Below are positions 45,928 to 54,582 of a stretch of 64,000 bases of DNA, one piece after another; position 1 is the first letter of the stretch, and every line of letters starts with the position of its first letter. The notes under the pieces are model-generated. The model was not told where the DNA came from, ran no database searches, and worked only from the letters and a program-made list of their open reading frames with translations. The DNA comes from a virus, in the IMG/VR virus record IMGVR_UViG_3300023112_000009, positions 61,610 through 125,609 of that record, one strand, 5' to 3'. The translations under genes were made by a program, and so were the position numbers.

Positions 45928-46650
45928 CTACTTGTCAACCGAAAAACGGCAATCTTCAGTCTTGTGGTTCACGTCAGGACGTGTCCAGTAGTGCAACAGG
46001 TTGTGGTAAGCCAAGCCGATCTCGATAGGAGATAACTGCTTCTGAGGATTATTGCTAACAGAACTGGGGTACATCACGAAATTCGTGGCGTCCTGCTCTG
46101 GAGGCAGGACTACATATCCAGTGTATCCTAGCTCATCAAAGCTGATGATGTGAGGTACGCCAAGCATATGACCAAGCTCGTGTAGACAAACCGAGTAAGC
46201 CCGAGCGTCGTTTTCAAGAAAGTCTGCATCCAACAGAATCTTACCACCATCAGACAACCACATCCCCAATAAGTTGTTGGGTAAGTTATAAGGGTCGGAT
46301 TGCAAATCTATCATGTGGACCTCAATAGAGTCCATCCTTCCACTGATAGAGAACGGTAAAGCATGATCTTCAACCAGGACGACCCACCTAACCGGGATGT
46401 GCTGTCTCCATTCGTCAAGTGCCGCTTGAAAATGCTTCCATGTTTCGGGGTACTGATCGATCTCTTGTTGAAATACGATAAACTCTATGTTAACATAAAA
46501 TTTATCCTCAACTACAGAGAGACTGATGGGCTCAGCCTTATCAGTCGGTTCGTTAGCTACGACAGCTAGACCCGTGTTATTCGCCGGTCTAGCTGCCATA
46601 CAAGCTACAAGACCTAACGAGCCCGCTAGGATGAATGTTCGTAGTTTCAT
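45928..46650 (-). CDS. Secreted or lipoprotein matrixin-like zinc metalloprotease
   Basis: Lipobox LVAC; HELGHMLGVPH; Met-turn VMYP. Confidence 0.88.
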   Translation of the reverse strand: MKLRTFILAGSLGLVACMAARPANNTGLAVVANEPTDKAEPISLSVVEDKFYVNIEFIVFQQEIDQYPETWKHFQAALDEWRQHIPVRWVVLVEDHALPFSISGRMDSIEVHMIDLQSDPYNLPNNLLGMWLSDGGKILLDADFLENDARAYSVCLHELGHMLGVPHIISFDELGYTGYVVLPPEQDATNFVMYPSSVSNNPQKQLSPIEIGLAYHNLLHYWTRPDVNHKTEDCRFSVDK

Positions 46651-46905
46651 TGAAACCCCCATTAGGTTTTAAAGAGCTGTCGTCTAAACGACTGCGGTAA
46701 GCATCACTCTTAAAAAATACCCTAACAAAAGTTTACTAAAAAGCTAGAAAATAAGAAAAAACATCTTTTGTGTGTACTATGTACATAGTGGCCGTTCATC
46801 TTACGGCCTGGAGTCGTACGTGGCTCCGTATCGCTTCGCCTCTGTCTGCCCAACTCAGTATGAGTTATTATGACATGAAATGACCACTTTGTCAACCACT
46901 TTCTG

Positions 46906-47166
46906 ATGGAAACAACAATCAGCTCTGAGCAAGACTTTAAAGACTATCCGGACAAGTTACCGGATAATCTGATCATGGTCCATTTTAAGATGATTGGAGT
47001 AGGTCCAAATACGATGGCGAAAGCAGAACACTCCGGGTCGGAGATTTGCAAAATTGTTCGCGAACAACCCGGTTTTTTCCTTGTGAGCCAAGATGGCTCC
47101 GGTCTGCGAGACGCCATGCATGATCTCGTAGATCGATTTTGTGACGCACAAGAAGGACGCGAATGA
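46906..47166 (+). CDS. Hypothetical protein
   Basis: First ORF of the plus-strand late operon. Confidence 0.6.
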   Translation: METTISSEQDFKDYPDKLPDNLIMVHFKMIGVGPNTMAKAEHSGSEICKIVREQPGFFLVSQDGSGLRDAMHDLVDRFCDAQEGRE

Positions 47167-47573
47167 AGTCGTGTGCTAAATGTGGTGAGATTAAATCTCT
47201 CGATGAATTCTACAAGGCCGCAAATATGCGTTCTGGCAGATACAGCTATTGTAAATTATGCTGTCAAGCCAACAGACGGTTAACAAGAAGTCAAACTAAA
47301 GATGATGTTTTCGAAGCGTACGGTGGTTACATCTGTGCGTGCTGTAGTGAAACTGAACCTAAGTTTTTAAGTATAGATCATATCAATAATGATGGAGCAG
47401 ATCATCGCAAACGTATCAACGGTGGCGGCACTCGTTTGTACGATTGGTTGAAAGCTCGTAACTTTCCCGATGGTTTTCAGGTTTTATGCATGAATTGCAA
47501 CCTGGGTAAACATCGTAACGGTGGCGTGTGTCCACATCAAACTAGTGCCGTTCTAATTGGAGAATCAAAATGA
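47163..47573 (+). CDS. HNH-type endonuclease with N-terminal zinc finger
   Basis: CAKC..CKLC; CACC..LSIDHINNDG..LCMNCN. Confidence 0.85.
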   Translation: MKSCAKCGEIKSLDEFYKAANMRSGRYSYCKLCCQANRRLTRSQTKDDVFEAYGGYICACCSETEPKFLSIDHINNDGADHRKRINGGGTRLYDWLKARNFPDGFQVLCMNCNLGKHRNGGVCPHQTSAVLIGESK

Positions 47574-47899
47574 ACCAGAGATCTAAACGTGCGAGAGATC
47601 GCAAAAACGGCCAAGATATTGGTGCGTCAACTTTTAACACCGGGGGTCATGTAGCTTCGCATCGTCGCGGCTCAGACCCCGTTGTCCGTACTCCTCAGAA
47701 AGCCACAGGTGATGTGCCCGCAGAGAAGATCAGCGGTGCCGCAAAGGCTTCTCCTTTTTTCAAGAAACTGAAAGAGGTATTGCCGGGATCCAAAGCTGAA
47801 GAGAAGAAGGTAATTGCTAAGGCTACTGAAAAAGCTCCTGAAGTTAAAACTGAAGAAGCCAAGATCGAAGACAAGAAGGATAAGAAAGACACCAAGTAA
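47570..47899 (+). CDS. Basic low-complexity protein
   Basis: GGAG RBS; Lys/Glu-rich. Confidence 0.6.
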   Translation: MNQRSKRARDRKNGQDIGASTFNTGGHVASHRRGSDPVVRTPQKATGDVPAEKISGAAKASPFFKKLKEVLPGSKAEEKKVIAKATEKAPEVKTEEAKIEDKKDKKDTK

Positions 47900-48492
47900 T
47901 GATGGCGAGCGGTATAGCGGCTAATAGCACCCCCTCCTATGCTGAAGTAGCCGATGTCATTGAGGCGTTGGTTTACAAAGAGGGACGGAGATATCCGATT
48001 CCTGGAATGGACTTTGAGGACATTGCCCAGGAAATTAGGATGGAGTGTATTCGTGTATTGCAGTCGTATGACTCAACGCGAATCGGTCCCTCGCCGTACA
48101 AGTACCTTCAAACGTGTGTACGAAACTTTTTGTACAACAAGCGTAGAGGTATCTGGGTTCCTAACAACCCTCCTTGTGTTAGGTGTCCTCTTTGGGACAA
48201 GGTAAAAAAGACATGTACGATTGATGAGGTCGATTGCGACAAGATCGTGCAGTATAAAAGAAACATGGCTACTAAGGCAGCGATTCGACAACCGAACTCT
48301 CTTGAGTTTGACATTACTGATTACCAACACGAAGAGGGGCTAGATGCTATCGTGTTAGATCAGAGTATTCGTAATGCGTTACCGGGTAACTTGATTCAGT
48401 ATTATGAAAAGATGCTAATGGGAGAAAAGATTCCTGCTCGTGTCAAAAAGCAGATTCGTGATATTGCAACTGGAGTAATCAACGATGCCTAA
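47899..48492 (+). CDS. RNA polymerase sigma factor-like protein (region 2) with Cys insert
   Basis: DFEDIAQE..YD..YL..VRN.L.N..R. Confidence 0.7.
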   Translation: MMASGIAANSTPSYAEVADVIEALVYKEGRRYPIPGMDFEDIAQEIRMECIRVLQSYDSTRIGPSPYKYLQTCVRNFLYNKRRGIWVPNNPPCVRCPLWDKVKKTCTIDEVDCDKIVQYKRNMATKAAIRQPNSLEFDITDYQHEEGLDAIVLDQSIRNALPGNLIQYYEKMLMGEKIPARVKKQIRDIATGVINDA

Positions 48493-49246
48493 GATCTTTC
48501 CTGAAGAAGAACGTATCCGCGTACACGAACTGTCTGTAGACGGTAAGAGTAACGCTGAGGTTGCTCGCGTGATGAAAGATGAGTACCCCGAGAACTGGAG
48601 TTCTGATTATGCTCATCGTACCGTAGCCAAGATTCTCAAGGAAGAAAACGTGCCTGTGCGTGAAGTGAAGACGTTGGATGAAATGACACGAGAAGAACGC
48701 TTCCGTTTCATTGACACACGACTTCAGGGGAGTCCGAGGTTCAAGATGGTATTCAAGAACTTCGACAACGAAGAAAAGAGCCTGTTCATCGGTGAGTATC
48801 TTGATATCATTAAGTCTACCGATACTTTGACCGAGGTTGAAGAACAAGCGGTCTTTGCTGCTGTTCTAGAGTTTGTTCTCGCCATCCAAGCGTTGAACCG
48901 CAAAGAGGTCGAAGAAAAACTACGCGACCAAAGCTTAGCTGGCGAGATTCAAGAAGGCGACATTAAGTTCCGCCGCCATGTGGATGACAAGTACCAAAAG
49001 GAGTATGATGCCCACATGAAGCTATACCAAAAAGGTATGGAACAACTGAAGATGGCACGTCGAGATCGACTGAAAGATGTTAGGTCTCAAAAACAAACAC
49101 TTGTTGACTTGGCCGAAACGCTATCCAACAAGAACGCTCAGTCTGAGGTTGCTGACGAGATTGAACGCTTGTCAAAACTAAAAGACGCAGAGCTACAGAG
49201 ACTATTGGAGTTAGGACATATACATGGGGTCTTCGATGAATACTAA
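48485..49246 (+). CDS. HTH plus coiled-coil protein (possible terminase small subunit)
   Basis: N-terminal HTH (GKSNAEVARVM), helical C-terminus; upstream of terminase. Confidence 0.5.
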   Translation: MPKIFPEEERIRVHELSVDGKSNAEVARVMKDEYPENWSSDYAHRTVAKILKEENVPVREVKTLDEMTREERFRFIDTRLQGSPRFKMVFKNFDNEEKSLFIGEYLDIIKSTDTLTEVEEQAVFAAVLEFVLAIQALNRKEVEEKLRDQSLAGEIQEGDIKFRRHVDDKYQKEYDAHMKLYQKGMEQLKMARRDRLKDVRSQKQTLVDLAETLSNKNAQSEVADEIERLSKLKDAELQRLLELGHIHGVFDEY

Positions 49247-49721
49247 ACGTTGTTCTAAATGCAAGCAAGTTAAAGAGGCTGATGCATTTACTAAAGCCAA
49301 TACAAAACCGGGCGGTTTACGATCTCGTTGTAAGGTGTGCGTGAAGAAGCACACAAAGAGATATCAGACAACAGAAATGACATACACGACACGAGCAAGG
49401 TACATGGAAGATTGGTCTCAGTTCTTTGAGCTAGAATATGGCATGGATCCTTCATGTCAAGTGTGTAGTTCGTCTTTGTCGTATCATAGAGATGATGATT
49501 TACCTACTGTGGTTTTTGATCATCGTTGCGGTGACGAAACCATTAAGGGGAGTCCATCGGCATTTTGTCGTACTCATCCTTGTATTGAGCAACATCAAGT
49601 GACTTGGCGTTCTTGCGATTTTGGTATTTTATGTAGAAAGTGTAATGCTGCACTTCCTACAAATGGTAGACAGGAATGGCTTGATGGAGTCATTAGATAT
49701 ATGAGTGGGGTGCAGGTATGA
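49236..49721 (+). CDS. Zinc-finger / endonuclease VII-like HNH protein
   Basis: CSKC..CKVC; CQVC..FDH..GILCRKCN. Confidence 0.7.
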   Translation: MNTKRCSKCKQVKEADAFTKANTKPGGLRSRCKVCVKKHTKRYQTTEMTYTTRARYMEDWSQFFELEYGMDPSCQVCSSSLSYHRDDDLPTVVFDHRCGDETIKGSPSAFCRTHPCIEQHQVTWRSCDFGILCRKCNAALPTNGRQEWLDGVIRYMSGVQV

Positions 49722-50659
49722 AGATTGCAATGCTATATGCGAGTTGGGAGAAGTTTGGCGAGACATGGAGTACACCTCAAGGAGTTCGTAACGAACTAAA
49801 TGCTCGCGGACATGAAGTTCGTCAATACAATCTATACCACGACGAGGGTAGATTGCCACCTAACAAGATGCGTCGTTATTCCAACCAGGGAATCAATAGT
49901 CTTATGGAAGACATCAGACTGGAGATCTTCAGGCCAGATGCCGTCATGTGCATGGATTATGGTCCGTGGGATGCTCTACAGTTTGATAAGCAGTTCTTCC
50001 CTGGTGTTGTAATGTTGAGTGAGGCCGGTGATGAACCTCAGTCTCATCGTCAACATCTTTCGAAAGCCCCAAGGGTCCACGTTGTGTTGTCTCCAGACCG
50101 TCAATGTGTTGAACGATATAACTCGTTTGGTGCAAATGCTGTCTACTGGACCCACTTTGCTGATACAGCAATTTTCTATCCTCGTCCCGACGTTAATGTC
50201 GAATTCGATTGCGTAACCACTTGTGGTTCTCGCGGCGGCGGTCTGACGGAGGAGATAAAGAAGGCCCTTGGGGATTCCTTCAATAACGAACGATACTTCT
50301 ACGGTGAGGATCATGCCGTAAGACTGAACATGGGGAAGATGGTATTCCAGTGTTCGCAGTTCAAGGAAGTGACTCGTCGTATTTTCGAAGGCATGGCTTG
50401 TGGTAAAATGGTTCTGACAGACAGGCTCCCAGAGGAGACTGGTCTGTCAGAGATGTTTGTCGATGGTGAAGATATCGTGTATTACGACAATGCCAAAGAT
50501 GCCATCGAGAAGATTCGTTACTACGCCAGTCATGATGAAGAACGTGAGCGAATTGCTCTGAATGGATTCAACAAGGTTATGGCTGAGCATTCTCAAGTTC
50601 AGCGTTGTGATGTTATCGAGGCGTGTATTACTGCTGTTAAGGAGACCGTATTTGTATGA
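49718..50659 (+). CDS. Glycosyltransferase (GT-B, CgeB-like)
   Basis: RRIFEGMACG..LTD, F.DGEDIVYY, RERIA..G..H. Confidence 0.88.
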   Translation: MKIAMLYASWEKFGETWSTPQGVRNELNARGHEVRQYNLYHDEGRLPPNKMRRYSNQGINSLMEDIRLEIFRPDAVMCMDYGPWDALQFDKQFFPGVVMLSEAGDEPQSHRQHLSKAPRVHVVLSPDRQCVERYNSFGANAVYWTHFADTAIFYPRPDVNVEFDCVTTCGSRGGGLTEEIKKALGDSFNNERYFYGEDHAVRLNMGKMVFQCSQFKEVTRRIFEGMACGKMVLTDRLPEETGLSEMFVDGEDIVYYDNAKDAIEKIRYYASHDEERERIALNGFNKVMAEHSQVQRCDVIEACITAVKETVFV

Positions 50660-50949
50660 AGTATATCCCTCGACATGATTTCGTGATTATCCAAATGGAA
50701 GAATCACCAGAGGAAAGCAGGGGTGGTATTTTCCTTCCTAGAGACGTGCGAGAAGATCGTATGCCCGGTGAAGTGCTTGCCATTGGCCCTGGACGTATGA
50801 GCGAACATGGTCATTTGATTGAAGTAACTGATCTAAAGGTTGGAGATCGTGTGATTTTCAATAAGTTCTCTGGTCTTGAGCTTAACGAAGAAGAACGACT
50901 TTACATGCTTCGTGGAAACGACATTGGATGTAAGCTAGATGACAAGTAG
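50656..50949 (+). CDS. groES: Co-chaperonin GroES
   Basis: PRHD.V, SRGGIFLP, GEVLAIGPG, KVGDRVIF.KF.G. Confidence 0.93.
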   Translation: MKYIPRHDFVIIQMEESPEESRGGIFLPRDVREDRMPGEVLAIGPGRMSEHGHLIEVTDLKVGDRVIFNKFSGLELNEEERLYMLRGNDIGCKLDDK

Positions 50950-51742
50950 CGAACGACATCACAAAGGCCAGCGTTGGGATTACGGAAGCCCGTGCTACAA
51001 AGAGAACCGAGATGTTTTCTTTGAGCCTGGACTTACGTCTATTATAGTGCTAGCACACGGTCGTCCGGAGATTACTCGTAAAGCTGTTTTGTCCACACTG
51101 GATTGCGTTCGTCATTACGAAGGTGAGATCGAATGGATCTTTATAGAGAACGGTTGCTGTGAAGCAACATACGAATTCTTTCAGGGCTTGAACCTAGAAA
51201 GAAAGGTAGTTGTTCGTCAAAGAAACTATGGGATCAACGAGGGGCTTAATCAAGGTTGGGCCTTATCCCGTGGCGAATACTGCATGATACATGAAAATGA
51301 CTGGGAGGCAACTCGCGAAGTTAACTACTTCCAGTACGCCAAGGATATCTTTACTGACTTTCCAGAGATTGGAGTCATTCAGTTGAGAGACCCGCTTGAT
51401 CCTCACGAGAATCATGGCACTGGTAAGCCGATCTATAACCCCTGGTCTTGTCATGATCACGTCTTGGAACGTGCTGGTGTTGTTGTCACAAAAGAGACTA
51501 CAGAAAGCGGTCACGTCTTTTTGAAGTCAGACTTCCCTAATGGATTTAACAACAATCCAGTTATCATGAGGAAAAACGTATACCGTGCCTGTGGGGCGTA
51601 TCCTGAACCAGAGGTTGGTTCTGATCCCAGACACGGTGAGACGGAGTATCAGGCTCGCGTAGCTGAACTTGGTTGCTCTATCGCTCACATTGGTATTCCC
51701 GTGTACTGGCATCAGGGACGGGTACAAACACAGGCAAATTAA
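50939..51742 (+). CDS. Glycosyltransferase family 2
   Basis: SIIVL..R, IENG, NYGI..GLN.G..RGEY..END. Confidence 0.85.
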   Translation: MTSSERHHKGQRWDYGSPCYKENRDVFFEPGLTSIIVLAHGRPEITRKAVLSTLDCVRHYEGEIEWIFIENGCCEATYEFFQGLNLERKVVVRQRNYGINEGLNQGWALSRGEYCMIHENDWEATREVNYFQYAKDIFTDFPEIGVIQLRDPLDPHENHGTGKPIYNPWSCHDHVLERAGVVVTKETTESGHVFLKSDFPNGFNNNPVIMRKNVYRACGAYPEPEVGSDPRHGETEYQARVAELGCSIAHIGIPVYWHQGRVQTQAN

Positions 51743-51756
51743 AAGGAGTAGTAATT

Positions 51757-51996
51757 ATGATTAAGAATGGAACAAGAGTAATTGTTGACGGAGTACAGGC
51801 GACTGTTCAAGGTTCGTTTGCATCTGGCCGACACAGACAATACGAACTTAGCGATGGACGAATCATGATTGATTTGCATATTGCTGTAGAGAAAAACATC
51901 GCTAAGGTCTTGCCAGATCTTGAAACTCCGAAGCCTAAAGAACGTCGTAGTGCGTTCCGTAGTCTTCCCAAGGAAACTGAGGATCTAGAAGAGTAA
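51757..51996 (+). CDS. Hypothetical protein
   Basis: AGGAG RBS before ATG 51757. Confidence 0.65.
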   Translation: MIKNGTRVIVDGVQATVQGSFASGRHRQYELSDGRIMIDLHIAVEKNIAKVLPDLETPKPKERRSAFRSLPKETEDLEE

Positions 51997-51998
51997 GA

Positions 51999-52496
51999 AT
52001 GGTCAAAGAGAAGCCGATTCTCATTGTTGACACAAGAGAAAAGCAGCCCTGGTGTTTTGAAGGGGATGATGCATTCGCTGATGTCATCTATCAGAAGCTA
52101 GATGGTGGTGATTACTCTATTCAAGGAATGGAGCACATCATTACTATCGAGCGTAAGGCAACCGTAGACGAACTGTACATGAACTTCACGAAAGATAAGA
52201 AGCGAATTGCAGCAGAGTTTGAAAGACTTAAGGACCACAGGTTTAAGATTGTTGTAGTAGAGGAGTCATGTGAGGATGTCATGAACCCTAACAAGTATTA
52301 TGTCAACAAGAAGAAAATCAACAGACGGAGCCCAAAGATGCCCGTGGCTGTAGTGACTTCCAACCTGACTAAACTACTGTTAGAACATGACGTGCATATC
52401 ATCTTTGGCGGCATGCGAGCACAGGCTATGGCTCGTGGTATTCTACTGCATGCTTATGAACTTCACCAAAAGGGAAAGCTAATTGAAGGGGACTGA
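51999..52496 (+). CDS. ERCC4-domain nuclease
   Basis: IVDTREKQP, GDYS, IERK. Confidence 0.92.
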   Translation: MVKEKPILIVDTREKQPWCFEGDDAFADVIYQKLDGGDYSIQGMEHIITIERKATVDELYMNFTKDKKRIAAEFERLKDHRFKIVVVEESCEDVMNPNKYYVNKKKINRRSPKMPVAVVTSNLTKLLLEHDVHIIFGGMRAQAMARGILLHAYELHQKGKLIEGD

Positions 52497-54534
52497 TGTT
52501 AAAAGGCTTCGTGGTTCTCCATGGAAGCAATCTTGGACGACAGAAGATCTTGAAAGTATCCTGAGAGAGACAGGGCCTTTCGAGAGTGTCTATCATTTTG
52601 CTTCATTCAATCTAGCGTGGTTCGTAGAGAAGTGCTTTAATAACCAACAGGGTAAGCCACTTAAGCTAGAGTCCTTCCAGCAAGTCATGTTAGATATGTT
52701 GTGGAACAATAAGTTCCCAATGATCCTAGCGACTCGTGGTGCTGGTAAGACTTTCATGCTTGCGTTGTACTCGCTCATTAGGGCTATCCTTGTTCCTGGT
52801 TCAAAGATCGTTATCGTTGGTTCCGGTTTCCGTCAAGCCAAGCTTGTGTTCAAGTATATTGAACAACTGTACGAATCAAGCCCCCTGATCAAAGAGGCTT
52901 TGGCTGGTGGCGGTGGACCTAAGTACGGGTCTGACGCTGCTACTCTTCGTGTTGGACTATCTACTATTCAGGCCATCCCGATTGGTGACGGCGAAAAGAT
53001 TCGTGGTCTTCGTGCTACCGTTCTTATCGCTGATGAATTTGGATCTATCCCTGAAGACATCTTTGATATCGTGATCGAGCCGTTCACCGCTGTTCACGCT
53101 AACCCCGCTGAACGTGCTGCTCAAAAACGATTTATCGCAAGGCTTGAAGCCATTGGTGCTGATGAAGGACTGATTCAGTCTATCGAGAACACGCAGGGGT
53201 TTGGTAACCAAGTTGTAATCTCGGGTACGCCCAGCTATAAGCACAATCATTTCTATAAGAGATGGTCTGTCTATATGGCGTTCCTAAGATCTAAGGGAGA
53301 CCCTACTAAGCTAAAGCACGCACTTGAGGAAAGACAACTACAGTCTACTGGTAAGCTAGTAGAAATTAGCGAGGACGATGTTCAGCATGCAGAAGAGTCG
53401 TGGAAGCACTACTCTGTATTCCAGCTACCTCATACCGCGTTGCCAGAAGGCTTCATGGAAGAGGACATTATCCGAAAGGCGAAGGCTACGTATCCTGCCC
53501 ATCGCTTTGCAATGGAGTACATGTCGCAGTTCCCAGATGACACCGATGGGTTCATCAAGAGATCTTGGATTGATAGAGCGACACCGAGACCGCCGGAAGA
53601 TATTCCTGTAAACATTGAGTTGTATGGTGATCCCAGAGTAACTTATGTTATGGGCGTTGACCCTGCTCGTTTCAATGACAACCTGGGTGTTGTCGTTTTC
53701 AAGTGTACAGATCGTGGTCGTGAGTTCGTTTACTGTGAAGCCTGGGATCGTACCCAATTCAGTGTGTCAGCACAAAAGATCCGTGAAATTGTAAAGCGTT
53801 TCAACGTCTCCTACATCGCTATGGATAAGGGCGGTGGTGGAGAAGAGATCCGAGAATGGCTCTGTAAGAAAGTTGACGGTGTTGAGCCCCACGATTTCAT
53901 TTGGGTTATCCCCGAGCAGATGGAGAAGTTTACTGGAGACAAGACAGGCATGTCTGCTCCTGGTAAGAGAATTCTTGAAATGGTTGATTTCACTGCGTCA
54001 TGGATCTCGCAAGCTGCACACGGTGTAGAAGCTAACATCCAGCAATGTCATATCTTATTTCCAGACAATCGTGTTGATCCTCATAGAATTTATGATCAGT
54101 ACATGCGTCACTTTACGAAGGACAGTATTACGGAAGGTGAGAAGACCGCCCTGCAACGAGACCTGTGGGGTATGGATGAGTGGGAGGCCGACGCTATCGC
54201 CGCTGAGACGGGCAAGAAGACCCAGAGGTTCTTTGGTGTAACTCAGCAAATTGATGAGTGTATCAATGAGACGTGTGCGATCATGCGTACCGTGACACCA
54301 AAAGGCACAGAAAGTTTCGAATTACCCAAACTAGCAGAACAGCCCGAGGGGCTGGATATGAGACGCCGAGATAGGTGGTCAGCCTTGATGTTGGCTAATT
54401 ACGCGGCCAAAATTGATGGTGGTACTGGACATAAAGTATCCGGTGGTATTGGTCGTAGTCCTGGTCAACCTGCAAGAAGTGGCGGTAGTTACACAAATCG
54501 TGGAGCACGTCGTAAGGGGTCTGTAGGGTATTAG
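52483..54534 (+). CDS. terL: Terminase large subunit
   Basis: Walker A RGAGKT, IRGLRA..IADEF, SGTP; nuclease GVDPA, MDKGGGG, RDRWSAL; start position uncertain. Confidence 0.93.
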   Translation: MKGTDVKRLRGSPWKQSWTTEDLESILRETGPFESVYHFASFNLAWFVEKCFNNQQGKPLKLESFQQVMLDMLWNNKFPMILATRGAGKTFMLALYSLIRAILVPGSKIVIVGSGFRQAKLVFKYIEQLYESSPLIKEALAGGGGPKYGSDAATLRVGLSTIQAIPIGDGEKIRGLRATVLIADEFGSIPEDIFDIVIEPFTAVHANPAERAAQKRFIARLEAIGADEGLIQSIENTQGFGNQVVISGTPSYKHNHFYKRWSVYMAFLRSKGDPTKLKHALEERQLQSTGKLVEISEDDVQHAEESWKHYSVFQLPHTALPEGFMEEDIIRKAKATYPAHRFAMEYMSQFPDDTDGFIKRSWIDRATPRPPEDIPVNIELYGDPRVTYVMGVDPARFNDNLGVVVFKCTDRGREFVYCEAWDRTQFSVSAQKIREIVKRFNVSYIAMDKGGGGEEIREWLCKKVDGVEPHDFIWVIPEQMEKFTGDKTGMSAPGKRILEMVDFTASWISQAAHGVEANIQQCHILFPDNRVDPHRIYDQYMRHFTKDSITEGEKTALQRDLWGMDEWEADAIAAETGKKTQRFFGVTQQIDECINETCAIMRTVTPKGTESFELPKLAEQPEGLDMRRRDRWSALMLANYAAKIDGGTGHKVSGGIGRSPGQPARSGGSYTNRGARRKGSVGY

Positions 54535-54582
54535 TGTACTCTGAGATAGTCAATCATATTACAATAATATCGGACAACACAC

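Noticed and set aside
52483-54534. Intein or intron in terminase
   Set aside because: Continuous ORF with ATPase and nuclease motifs and no intein splice motifs.
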